Shown here piece after piece: positions 13,001 through 25,449 of a stretch of 64,000 bases of DNA. The notes beneath the pieces are model-generated. The model did no database searches, was not told the DNA's origin, and saw only the letters and a program-made list of their open reading frames with translations. Within the stretch, counting starts at the first letter, position 1. Every line of letters begins with the position of its first letter. This DNA is from Octopus bimaculoides (taxonomy: Eukaryota), in NCBI RefSeq assembly GCF_001194135.2, contig NC_068994.1:39350200-39414199 (forward strand), written 5' to 3'. Both the position numbers and the translations under genes were made by a program.

Positions 13001-13823
13001 AAACAGTGATAGGATGTTAAAGAAATAGTGGTGTGTTAGGGAAAATGGTCATTTTTAAGTATAGAATGAAATAAATGTTGAGGGAATGTACTTCATAGGA
13101 GGTTAGAAATAATCAGATTGTGATGCCTGTTTTAGATGTTACTCAAAGAAGTTAAAAAAAGATTGAAAATTCTCACAATACTCAGCTGACTGGAGATGTC
13201 AGGTGAAGATTGGCAAAAAAAAAAAAAATACCAAAGAAAAGTACTAAAAAGAATGAAAAGAAAGGAAGAAAAAGAAAGAGAGAGATAAAAAAAAAAGAAA
13301 AGAAAAGAAAATGAAAGGAAAAGACATTCACTGCTAAGGACAAGTTGATAGCAGTAGAAAGTCAGAAAATAGTAGGAATGGTCAGTCCTGTTGGGGTTGA
13401 TAACAATCATGGAACAAAAGGATGCTAAATAGATTACCATTTTCAAATAGTGGTAAGGAATTTCTCTGGATTTCTTTTTATGGAATGGTGTGAAAAGGGA
13501 CAATAATGCTAGGATATTTAATTAAATAACTTCTTAATTAATTAATTTGGTTTACTTTAAGACATTAAAAATATATCTAAATGTACTGTTTAAGGTGAAA
13601 AATAGCATATATATGTATATCTAAATATGTATATATTTCCCTCTAAGAATTGCCAAATATTAGAAAATTGTTAAAATCTACATGAAAAGAATATAACAAA
13701 ATTAAAAATGGAAAAAAAAAAAATCTTAATAAACAATAATAAAGTGATAGAAAATAATCTAAGAAAGAAAGAAAGAAAAAATAAGAAAAGTGTAAGAGAG
13801 GCAATACAAGAGAAAGAAGGATG

Positions 13824-13895
<72 letters not shown>

Positions 13896-14309
13896 TAGAG
13901 GAAGGAAGTGAAAGAGAAAATGAGAAACAGGTGAAGAAAGTCAATCCATTTTACACATACTACTTCTAATTTATAATAAGGGACGGTGAACAAAACAAAT
14001 TAATTTACATTCCAAAGCAGTAAAGAGACAACGACTAAATAGTCAAAATCTAACTGCAATCACCAACAACGAAGGTGATGGATGTAGTGTTATTTAAATT
14101 AAGGGAAAGAGAAAAAAAAAAAAAAAAGACCTAGTGGATAAAATCCATTAGCTCTACCTTTTACAGGGAAGTTGAATGGGGGAAAATTATTATATGACAT
14201 CAAATTAGATAAGAGAAAAATAAGCATGGTCTAATCTCCCACCAGGATTAATCAATATAGAAAAGTGGTTAGAGTCAAGAAGTAAAAATTAGATTAGTTG
14301 AGACATTAC

Positions 14310-14408
14310 CCATCTATGGAATACACCTGATTTGCCTTGAAATGGCAGCTATCATTGGACATTAGGCAGGAGATAATCTCCCTGATACACTCCACTCTGC
14401 TTACTAAC
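14310..14408 (-). other. Candidate exon with possible start codon (MSNDSCHFKANQVYSID-G)
   Basis: atattgcag| acceptor at 14409, ATG at 14362, GG|gtaatg donor at 14309. No recognisable homology. Confidence 0.25.
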
Positions 14409-14881
14409 CTGCAATATTAGCCACTCCACACTAAATATCCTACACCATTTTTTCTGGATGTAAATAATTCAGTATTCAGTTTGAATGATAAAATTTCAAA
14501 AATGATCCCTAGTGTATGTCACTTTTTTTTTTTATATTTATATTTTAATGATTACATCTCTGTATGTATTATACCATTGTACTGTGACTTCTCTTGCTGT
14601 CACTCACTCCCTCTTATACTCTCTTACTCCTCTTCTCTTTCTCTCTTGCATTCCTCTCACTGCATGGACACACGGATCTCTTCAATAATTTGTTTGTTGT
14701 TTTCTCATAGCAGAGATGACTGAGAGAGAGAGGGAGGGAGGGAGGGAGAAAGAAAGATAGATAGATTAATAGATATACAATGACACCATGTCATTCTGTT
14801 TGTTGTTTTATAAAATGGACATGAAATCCATAAATAAGAAGAACTGAAAGAAAAAACAAGGAGAGCAAAAAGTCTACTTAC

Positions 14882-15130
14882 AGAGAGTGGTAAATCCTTT
14901 TCTCCTGTCTGTGAGGTGTGTAGTCTGCTGTCTGAGTTGTACAGTTACTGCTGCTGTTGTGTACGCTGCCAGTATTAGGTGGCTTGGTCTGTATTGTTGT
15001 GGTAATGTGAGTGTGTGTGAGAGAGAAAGAGAGATAGATAGATAGAGAGACTGTGTGTGTGTCTGCAGTCCTACATCAAGTGTGTGTTGGGGGGGGGTGT
15101 ATAGAGGATGTCTGCTGCAGCCAATGACAT
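14882..15130 (-). promoter_or_regulatory. Candidate non-coding first exon / promoter-like segment
   Basis: Consensus donor ctct|gtaagt at 14881. Non-repetitive, relatively GC-rich sequence with a CCAAT motif (~15120) and a G-run. The upper boundary is a guess. Confidence 0.3.
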
Positions 15131-16876
15131 GCTGGTCCAGCAGAGCAGTAGGGGTAGGATTGGGAGCACAAGGGTCAGGAAAAAGACCAAAAACGAAAAA
15201 TGCTAATAAATATATATATAAATGGAAGAAAATAAAGTTTAAAAAACAAACAAGCTCAATATTCTAACACCTTCCTATATGTTAATTACTGGATGGAAAA
15301 AAGGGCCGACTTATTATTTTATGAAGATATCATATAATAGATGATCCGTGTGATATCTTAAAACTATATCAGATCATGTTGCCTCTTGTACAACATAAAT
15401 AGAGACATTTAAAAATGCCCACATTACATGAAAAAAAAAAGAATTTAAATCCTAGGAAAGAACAAATTTTTATATTCATCTCCATCATAACAATGATATA
15501 TTTACCATCCATTATACAAAGAATTAATATTTTTTTGTCATGTGTAAGTGTGTGCGTATATATATACACAAATGTAAGCATATATATGTATATGCAATCT
15601 ATCTATCAATCTATATACATACATATATATATATATGTGTGCATATATATATGTATGTATATATATATATGTGTGTATATATATATATATGTGTATATAT
15701 ATATGTGTGTGTATATATATATATATATGTGTATATATATACATATATATATACATATATATATATNNNNNNNNNNNNNNNNNNNNNNNNNNNNNNNNNN
15801 NNNNNNNNNNNNNNNNNNNNNNNNNNNNNNNNNNNNNNNNNNNNNNNNNNNNNNNNNNNNNNNNNNNNNNNNNNNNNNNNNNNNNNNNNNNNNNNNNNNN
15901 NNNNNNNNNNNNNNNNNNNNNNNNNNNNNNNNNNNNNNNNNNNNNNNNNNNNNNNNNNNNNNNNNNNNNNNNNNNNNNNNNNNNNNNNNNNNNNNNNNNN
16001 NNNNNNNNNNNNNNNNNNNNNNNNNNNNNNNNNNNNNNNNNNNNNNNNNNNNNNNNNNNNNNNNNNNNNNNNNNNNNNNNNNNNNNNNNNNNNNNNNNNN
16101 NNNNNNNNNNNNNNNNNNNNNNNNNNNNNNNNNNNNNNNNNNNNNNNNNNNNNNNNNNNNNNNNNNNNNNNNNNNNNNNNNNNNNNNNNNNNNNNNNNNN
16201 NNNNNNNNNNNNNNNNNNNNNNNNNNNNNNNNNNNNNNNNNNNNNNNNNNNNNNNNNNNNNNNNNNNNNNNNNNNNNNNNNNNNNNNNNNNNNNNNNNNN
16301 NNNNNNNNNNNNNNNATTTCAACAATATTTTTTCCTCCCAACATTACCACCACCATCACCACTACCACCGCTACCACCACTTTCTTATTTTGTTTTATTT
16401 CCATGAATGCAACTTTGTTCACAATTAGGGAAGACATGAAAATACTTCTGCCAACCCATCTCTCACCCACTTCTTTCAAAAAAAGAAATCAAGCTTTTAT
16501 TCTAGCATAATCATGAGAAATGTCAATGTTTAAATAAATAAGAAAAAAAAAAAAGAAAATTAAAATGGTAAATCAATGATTGATAATAATGTAAAGCAAT
16601 TACAGATTTTTGTTATTTTTTTTTTTGCCTTTCATAGTGATTACATTTTATGATTCTTGTTTGTCATATTATTTCACATTGTCAAAACACAAGAGCATGT
16701 GAGACAGTATTCACACAATGCGTGAGTAGGTGTACATATATATATATATATACATACACACGCATACTTATGTACATACATAAATACATATGTACGTAGA
16801 TGCATACACACACATGTATATACACACATCTACTATGCATATATATGTATACACTCACATATGTATNNNNNNNNNN

Positions 16877-16909
<33 letters not shown>

Positions 16910-17233
16910 TATATAAATATATATCATCATTATCGTTTAGCGTCTGTCTGTATATACATACATGTACACGCATTATATATATCTATACATGCACACACAC
17001 ACATAATAAATAACATCATTTCCAAATAAGTATATAAATACACACATATGTATATATAAGGGATAAATTATCCTGGCGGATACCGAATTATCTCTTAAAA
17101 TGGTGTAGATGCAGGCTATCCACAACATTGGAATTACATAGTACTCGAGTATAAATAGATACTGGTACTTGTAAGTTCCACTTGTTGGGTAGTTCCTTGT
17201 TCCTATTCAGAACTGCAAATATTCCGTAGAGTA

Positions 17234-17992
17234 TACAATTGAAAATGAAGAGGAGAGTGGAGATTTATTCACATTCAAAACTTTTTATTAAATAAGTTTT
17301 CTACAGCCTATGTAACAATGACCAACATATGTTTCAATTGCAGCAACTACGCATTGCTCCACACGCAATTATGCATCCTAGTCACTGCAGTTTCACCAAG
17401 GGTCTATCACTTACAACGATTTTAAAGTGAACTAATTCAAACAAGCTTCCTTTGTTGGTATTAAGTTGAAGGTGATAGCATTACTTTTAAAAGCAAATTG
17501 AATTCTGGTCTTATAATCACCTCTACTGGTATTGCAGTTGAATCGTGGTTTATAAAATGTCCATTCATATTACAATCAAGTGAAGCAGTTTTGTTTACAT
17601 TTTACTGTATGGAGTACATTATATATTCATAGGTAATTCACTTATGTTCGAGTTTATACTCTCAATTAATATTATTATTGTTATTATATAAACCATGATT
17701 CAACTGTAATACCAGTAGAGTTGATTATAAGACCAGAATTCAATTTGATTTAAAAGGTAACACTATAACCTTCAACTGAATACCAATGCAAGAAGCTCGT
17801 TTGAAAATGTTGTAAGTGATGGACCCTTGATGAAATTGCAGCGACTAGGATGCATAATTGCATACAGAGCAATGTGTAGTTGCTGCAATTTAAACATATG
17901 TTGGTCATTGTTACACATCCTGTAGAAAACTTTTTTAATAAAAAGTTTTGGATGTAAATAAATTTCCACTCTTCCCTTCATTTTCATTTATA
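17234..17992. mobile_element. Fold-back / long-TIR non-autonomous element (~310-bp arms, ~130-bp spacer)
   Basis: 17234-17554 is the reverse complement of 17687-17992 with scattered substitutions and a ~15-bp indel. Both outer ends lie at TA. Confidence 0.9.
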
Positions 17993-18005
17993 TGTGTGTG
18001 TGTAT

Positions 18006-18075
<70 letters not shown>

Positions 18076-18079
<4 letters not shown>

Positions 18080-18205
18080 GCAACATGGAAGGTGTTTATA
18101 AGCCATTTTAAAAAACACAAAACAGTTTCACTTCACTTCAACATTTAAATTCAAATATTTCCGCTGCTTTGAAACCGCGACCTGTTCACTGATAAAATTC
18201 CCTCT

Positions 18206-18207
<2 letters not shown>
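18076..18207 (-). mobile_element. Dispersed repeat fragment (possible Tc1/mariner-type MITE end); second copy + at 26605-26741
   Basis: Shared ggaattttrtcagtgarcaggtc...aaatttaaatgttgaagtgaa...atggcttataaacaccttccatgytgcaatt. This copy begins at TA. Confidence 0.65.
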
Positions 18208-18240
<33 letters not shown>

Positions 18241-18274
18241 TTACACACACACTGAGAGGGCCCCCATCGCTCAC

Positions 18275-18347
18275 CAGGAGTTCATATATGCCAATACTGT
18301 CGCTATGTAAAGCTATACATATTACAACAGCCTGCAGTATCCAACAA
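18275..18347 (-). CDS. Candidate internal coding exon (xCWILQAVVICIALHSDSIGIYELL)
   Basis: Strong acceptor gatttcccatttctccag| and donor CTG|gtgagc. Only one frame is open (phase 2 to 0). Product unrecognised. Confidence 0.35.
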
Positions 18348-18622
18348 CTGGAGAAATGGGAAATCAACTTGTTATTTTGTTGCCATTAGAGAAACACACT
18401 GTTAATAAACTTTAAAACACTGTTGACACTACTCCAAAAAGATCATCCATCTTCACTCCCACTGGCCTGTAAGCAAATGTAGGGTAGGCAATCCCTGTTT
18501 CCTCTTAACCAGATTATTCCCCTTGCACTGACCACCAGCACTGCCTACCATTGCTAATACCCATCAACACAAACAACTACAAAATATACTAATTTGTAAT
18601 TTGACCTAACTACTCTGTTCAC

Positions 18623-18713
18623 CTTGCTATATGGAACAGCAGCAGCAGGCCTATATCTGCATCTGCTGTCGCTGACCTGCCAAATCCTGCATGCAGTAGA
18701 TCAGCTGGTGTTG
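18623..18713 (-). CDS. Candidate coding exon ([29 protein letters not shown])
   Basis: Donor AG|gtgaac ends in phase 2, compatible with 18275-18347. The acceptor is weak because it abuts a (TATG)n tract. Confidence 0.2.
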
Positions 18714-18878
18714 CTGACATACACATGTATACATACATATACATATATATGTGTATACATACATATATGTATACATACATATATGTATACATACATACAT
18801 ATATGTATATATACATACATACATACATACATATATGTATATATACATACATAATGCATATATACATATATGTATATA

Positions 18879-18911
<33 letters not shown>

Positions 18912-19395
18912 GTATATATACATACATACATATATGTATACATACTTACATACATACATACATATATATAAATACACCATCATCATCACAATCATTATCA
19001 GCATCTTAATGTCCATTTTTCCATATTTGCATGGACGAGACGAAGGTTATTGAGGCAGATAGTCTACAACTTGATGACCTTCCTGATGCCAACTCTGATG
19101 TTTCCAAGCAAAGTAATATTTTCCCATCGTCAGAGATAATTTTGCAAAGTGTTGGGAAAAAAAATATTCATTTACAGTCACACAATGTCAAGATATGGAG
19201 ATACAAACGTACATGCATCCTCCCACACATACACATATATGCATGCATACATAAATTTATTTAAATCTGTGCATTCAACAAACTTCTTTTTTTTTTAGTT
19301 TATCCCCCCTGCAGAATCCACTCAATAGCTTTGGCCAGAAGATGCTTGCATAAGGTGCCATGTCATGAGACTGAACCTGAGGCCACACCTGCATG

Positions 19396-19447
<52 letters not shown>

Positions 19448-19451
<4 letters not shown>

Positions 19452-21377
19452 TCATCCGCATCATTGTCTAACATCCACTTTCCATGCTGGCATGGATTAG
19501 ACAGTTTGACTGAGAATTGGCAAGCTGGGAGGCTGCACCAGGCTCCAGTCTCATTTGGCAAAGTTTCTACAGTTGGATTTTCTTCTTAATGCCAACCACT
19601 CTCAGAGTGTAGTGGATGCTTTTTATGTGCCACCGGTACAGGAGCCAGTCATGCAACACTGGCATCAGCCATGCTCGAATGGTGCTTTTTATGTGCTACC
19701 GGTATGGGACCAGTCAGGCAGCACCGGCATTGATCACGCTCGAATGGTGCTTTTTACGTGCCACCAGCATGGGTGCCAATCAGGCGGTACTGTCATCAAC
19801 CACGACAATGACTTCACTTGACTCAACAGGTGTTTGCAAGCACAGTTTATTGCCCAATGATTGAAGGGTACTCTTAAATGGGCCAGTTATGCTGCACTGG
19901 CATAGGCCACAGTTACGGTCTCACTTGGCTTGCCAGGTCTTCTCAAGCACAGCATATCTCCATAGGTCTCTGTCACTTGTCATCCCTACCGTGAGGCCCA
20001 ACATTCAAAGGTCATGCTTCACCACCTCATCCCAGGTCTTCCTGGGCCTACCTCTTCTGCAGGTTCCCTCTACTGCTAGGGTGTGACACCTTTTCACACA
20101 GCTGTCATCATCCATACACAACACATGACCATACCAGTGCAGTTGTCTCTCTCGCACACCACATCTGATGCTTCTTATGTCCAACTTTTCTCTCAGGGTG
20201 CTTACACTCTGTCATGTATGCACACTGACTTTACACATCCAGCAGAGCATACTAGCTTCATTCTTTGCAAGCTTACACATGTCCTCAGCAGTCACAGCCC
20301 ATGATTCAATGCCATGTAGCATGGCTGTTCACACACATACATCATATAGTCTACCTTTTATTGTGAGCGAGAGGCCCTTTGTCACCAGCAGAGGTAGGAG
20401 CTCTCTGAACTTTGCCCAGGCTATTCTTATTCTAGCAGCTACACTCTCAGAGCATCCACCCCCACCACAGACTTGGTCACCTAGGTAATGGAAGCTATCA
20501 ACTACTTGTGGTTTTTCTCCCTGGGATGTGATGGAAGCTGTTTTCTGCACATTTTCAGTGTTTACTGCCCCTGAGCATTTTCCACACACAAAATCTATCT
20601 TCCCAGTTAGCCTTCCTGTGAAATTGCTGCACCTCTTATGTGTCCATAGCTTACACTGGGAACATCTTATGGAGTTTCTACCTATGCCTTTTCTACAGAT
20701 CGAGCAGGGCCATCTACCTGAAGGGATTTGAGATTTGTCTGCCTTCCTACTTATTAAGACTTCGGTTTTTGCTAGATTGACTCTATGGCCCTTCAATTCT
20801 AGACCTTGTTTCCATACCTGAAACTTCTCTAGTTCTGATAGTGACTCAGCTATTAGAGCAATGTCATCAGCATAGAGAAGCTCCCAGGGGCATCTTGTCT
20901 TGAATTCCTCTGTCATTGTCTGGAGGACTATGATGAATAAGAGGGGGCTGAGGAATGATTCTTGGTGAACCCCTACCCCTACCCGGAATTCTTCACTGTA
21001 CTCGAAGCCAACCCATACCTTACTGACAGCATCCCTGTACATGGCTTGTACAGCTCTCATTAACCACTCATCTATCCCTAATTTCCACATTGACCAAAAG
21101 ATAAGGGATCAGGGGACCCTATCATAGGCTTTCTTCATATCAATGAAAGCCAGGTACAGAGGTTTATCTTTGGCTAGGTATTTCTCTTGCAGCTGTCTTA
21201 CCAGAAATATAGCATCAGTGGTGCTTTTCTCTGGCACAAACCCAAATTGCATCTCTTCTAAACTGACTCTCTCCCTAATTAGTTGGGCTATGCCCCTCTC
21301 CATGACTTTCATAGCCCAACAAATTAGGCAAAGAATCAGTTTAGACAAGATGCAGTCTGGGTTTGTGCCAGGGAAAA

Positions 21378-21380
<3 letters not shown>
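19448..21380 (-). mobile_element. 5'-truncated RTE-clade LINE copy 1 (RT pseudogene + 3' UTR + (TGA)n tail)
   Basis: ORF pieces QFGFVP..STTDAIF, GVHQ..LSPLLF, ELLYADD and DSFHYLGD, with frameshifts. 3' end ...ccagcatggaaagtggatgttagac then a tga-type tail beside (TA)n. Confidence 0.95.
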
Positions 21381-21412
<32 letters not shown>

Positions 21413-21415
<3 letters not shown>

Positions 21416-23466
21416 TCATCATCATCGTTTAACGTCCGTTTTCCAAGCTGGCATGGGTTGGATGGCTCGACTGGGGTCTAGAATGCCAGGAGATTGCACC
21501 AGACTCCAGTCTGATGTGGCAATGTTTCTACAGCTGGATGCCCTTCTTAACGCCCCAACCACTCCAGGGGCCGGGGGGGCGGTCTGGCATCGACCACGAT
21601 CGGATGGTGTTTTTTATGTGCCACAGGCATGGGAGACAGTCAAGGTGGTGCAGGTATCAGCAACATTCGGATGGTGCTTTTTACGTGCCACCGGCACGGG
21701 GACCACAGATACAATTTCCATTTGATTGTGATTTGATTTGATTTTACTTGACTCAACAGGTCTCCTCAAGCACAGCATGTTGCCCTATAATCCAAGGATA
21801 CTTTTGAGTTGGCTGGTTATACGACACTGGTGTAGGTTACAGTTGTGATCTCACTTAATTTGCTGGGGCTTCTCAGTCACAGCATATCTTCAGAGGTCTC
21901 TGTCTTTTGTCATTTCCTCTGTGAGGCTCAATGTTCAAAGGTCATGGTTCACCACCTCATCCCATGTTTTCCTGGGTCTCCTTCTATCCCAGATTCCTTC
22001 CACTATTTGGGAGTGGCACTTCCTCATACAGCTCTCCTCATCCATCCATAGTACATGACCATACCAATGCAAACATCTCTCTTGCACGCCACATCCAATG
22101 CTTCTTATGTCCAACATTTCTCTCAGGGCGCTCACACTCTGTCGTGTGTGCACACTGACATTACACATCCAGCAGATCATGCTAGCTTTATTTTGTTAAA
22201 ACCTATGCATTTCTTCAGCAGTCACAGCCCATGTTTCACTGTCATGAAACATGACAGTTTACACACATGTATCAGACCATCTACCTTTCACTCTGAGCGA
22301 GAGGCCCTTTGTCACCGGTAGGGGTAGAAGCTTTGTAAACTTTGCCCCGGCAATTCTTATTCTAGTGGTAACGCACTCTGAGCATTCATCCCCACTACTG
22401 ACTTGGTACTCTAGGTAGTTGAAACTATCAACTACTTCTAGTTTCTTCCCCTGGCATGTGATGGGATCTATTTTCTGAGCATCTGTGGTGTTTATTTCCC
22501 CAGTGCATCTGCCACACGTAAGCTATCTTCCCGGTTAATCTTCTTTTGATGTTGCTGCACCTCTTATGTGTCTATACCTTACACTGGGTACATCTTACGG
22601 AGTTTCTACCTACACCTTTTCTACAGATCGAGCAGGGACACCTACCTGAAGGGATGTGTGATGTGTTCACCTTCCTACTTACTAGAACTTTGGTCTTTGC
22701 AGCATTAACTCTAAGGCCCATCGACCCTAAACCTTGCTTCCACACCTGGAATTTCTTCTCTAGATCTGCTAGTGATTCTGCTATGAGGGCCAGGTCATCA
22801 GCATAGAGGAGCTCCCAAAGGCAACCTGTCTTGAATTCCTCTGTTATTGCCTGGAGGACTATGATGAATAAGAAGGGACTGAGGGCTGATCCTTGGTGGA
22901 CCCCTACTTCTACCCGGAATTCTTCACTATACTCATTGCCAACCCTAACGTTACTAACGGCATCTCTGTGTAGGGCCTGTACAGCCCTTATTAACCATTT
23001 GTCAATCCCCAGTTTCCGCATCACCCACCGGATATGGGATTGAGAGACACTGTCAAAGGCTTTCTCCAAGTCCACAAAAGCCAAGTATAGGGGTTTATCT
23101 TTGGCCAGGTATTTCTCCTGCAGTTGCCGTACCAGGAATATAGCATCAGTGGTGCTGCTACCTGGCACAAAACTGAACTGCATCTCATCTAAGTGGACTC
23201 TCTCCATAATTCATTGGGCTATGACCCTCTCCGTGACCATCATCACCTGACCCAGCAGTTTGATACCTCTGTAGTTATTTCTATCTAAAGCATCGCTCTT
23301 ACCCTAGTAGCAGTTGCCTATGGTGCTGCTATGCCAGTCATTGGGTATGACTCCATCATGAACTACCTGGTTTACAATATGGGTGACTAGGCCATAACCC
23401 ATATGACCAGATGTTTTAATCTCAGCAGTGATTCCTGATGGGCTGGGAGCTTTTCCTGGCTTCATA
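21413..23466 (-). mobile_element. 5'-truncated RTE-clade LINE copy 2
   Basis: KAPSPSG, NYRGIKLL, FVDLEKAFD, GVHQGSALSP, ELLYADDLAL, then C-terminal RLHWYGHV..RPRKTW. Stops and frameshifts present; same family as copy 1. Confidence 0.95.
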
Positions 23467-23498
23467 CCCTTAATTACTTTATATATATATATATATAT

Positions 23499-23534
<36 letters not shown>

Positions 23535-23689
23535 AACTTACTTGGAAAAGGATGGGTGACATTCGATCATATAATAATATAGATAATAATATATAAATAT
23601 ATACATATATCCGTACATATATGTACATACCTACATATATATGTATATATACATACATATATAGGTACAGGACATAAAAAAAAACGTTG

Positions 23690-24068
23690 AACACAATGAG
23701 AAACGAAAACATAGAAAACGAACTCTTTTGCAAACGACAAAACAAACAGAGAAACGAGACATGCAACATAAAGAGTATACCTCTTCCTCAGTTGTCCCTG
23801 TTTCATCTACTCCGCGTTTCGAAGGCAAGGACAATATGCAACTTCATTGAAACAGTCCTTACCGCAAAGCAAATTAAATAAAATTTGGGATTTTTTGCAG
23901 AGGGTGAAAGTGTTAACAAGAACAGGACAATGAGAACAAGACAGTAAAAACAAATGGTGAGGGCTGTTGAGCCAAGGCGATAGAAAAGTTATTATGAATG
24001 CAAGTAGACGAGCCATGAGAGAAGAGACAGAAAAAGGCATGTCTTTGCTTTAGGAATGCAGTGGACAG
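23690..24068 (-). mobile_element. Probable retroelement 3' end, possibly Penelope-like
   Basis: CpG-containing repeat-like segment with a cgaaacg motif. Weak resemblance of the minus frame (KQRHAFF..IHNNFS) to a GIY-YIG C-terminus. Cut by an N-gap. Confidence 0.3.
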
Positions 24069-24289
24069 NNNNNNNNNNNNNNNNNNNNNNNNNNNNNNNN
24101 NNNNNNNNNNNNNNNNNNNNNNNNNNNNNNNNNNNNNNNNNNNNNNNNNNNNNNNNNNNNNNNNNNNNNNNNNNNNNNNNNNNNNNNNNNNNNNNNNNNN
24201 NNNNNNNNNNNNNNNNNNNNNNNNNNNNNNNNNNNNNNNNNNNNNNNNNNNNNNNNNNNNNATATATATATATATATATATATATATAA

Positions 24290-25334
24290 TAAATGAAAAA
24301 TGCATTGTAAATAAACAACAACAGATAAAAAATGTATATGTATATTGAGGGTACAACTGGACGGGATACAGACACAGTAGGTCCCTAATTGTTCATCAGT
24401 TACAGGGCCGGTTCAAAGTACCGACAACTCAGAGAGTTGCACAGGATGCCATATTCTTGTTAGTCTTCATTAGTCTACACTTTCTCCTTGTGAAAGATTT
24501 TAAAAATTATATTTGTGAGGGTGCCGAAGTTCCACTTTCTCAGGGTATCAGCAACCCTTGGGCTGGTCCTTATCAGTTATCAACCGAAATGGTAATACTC
24601 AGTTTCACAACTTTAATGATAAGACTGAAAACTTCCCATATTGGTGGTGCCAGCGAATGTCAAGCCTCAGGTAAACAAAACAACACAGAGTGGACATACG
24701 AAAGTGAAAAAAAATGTAATTTAAGATGATGGACAAAGATGAAATAAATAGGAATTGAGCAAAATTTGGCCTTAAGGCCAAAACGGCAAGAATGGTGGCT
24801 AATTATTTGAAGAACTCCTAAAGAATATGGAAATAGCAAGACAGATTAATTTTTTGTGACTGAATGGCTGGGTGGCCGGTGTGAAAAAGGAGAGAAAGAA
24901 GGAAAGCTGGCCACAGGTCATGTGTCAACAGGAGGTAGAGGAGAAAGGGACAGAGAGAAAATAGAGAGAAAATAAGGGAAGAAATGAAGGGGGAAAGGGG
25001 AAGGGAAAAGCTACGAATACAAGTGAGAGGGCAAGAGAGAGAGGAAAAAAGGGGTAAGTGGACAGGAAACAAATAGAAGTAAGAGGGTGAGAGAAAAAGA
25101 GAAGAGTGAAGGCAAGAGTAGAGTCACACAGAATATATATAAACTTACTGTTAAAAAAGTTGGGTGAACATGCATACCAGTACTTAATAAATAAAAAAAA
25201 TTGCATGGTAAATAAACGACAGATAAAAATCATATACATGTATTGAGGGTACAACCGGACGGGAAACAAACTCAGAGGGTGCTTAATTTTTCATCAGATA
25301 TCAACCAAAATGGTAATATTCAGTTTCACACCAT

Positions 25335-25335
<1 letters not shown>
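24290..25335. repeat. Two diverged direct copies of an unclassified repeat (24290-24620 and 25185-25335)
   Basis: Shared tgcat.gtaaataaac...attgagggtacaacyggacggga.ac and tatcaaccraaatggtaata.tcagtttcaca. The second copy is internally deleted. Confidence 0.7.
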
Positions 25336-25374
<39 letters not shown>

Positions 25375-25449
25375 TGTGTGTATGTATGTATATATATATT
25401 TATTATCATTATAATCATCATTGGATTGAGATCATTGGGTTTGATCTGA

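Noticed and set aside
23700-24060. CpG-rich promoter or first exon
   Set aside because: It looks like a retroelement end next to other repeat pieces. No convincing frame, and its cgaaac motif lacks a hammerhead core in the right order.
24575-25330. Type II hammerhead in GAAAC...GTT-gata(t/a)-CTGAT(G/A)A segments on the minus strand
   Set aside because: Only 5 nt are available for stem I, and the stem II strands do not pair next to the core in either copy.
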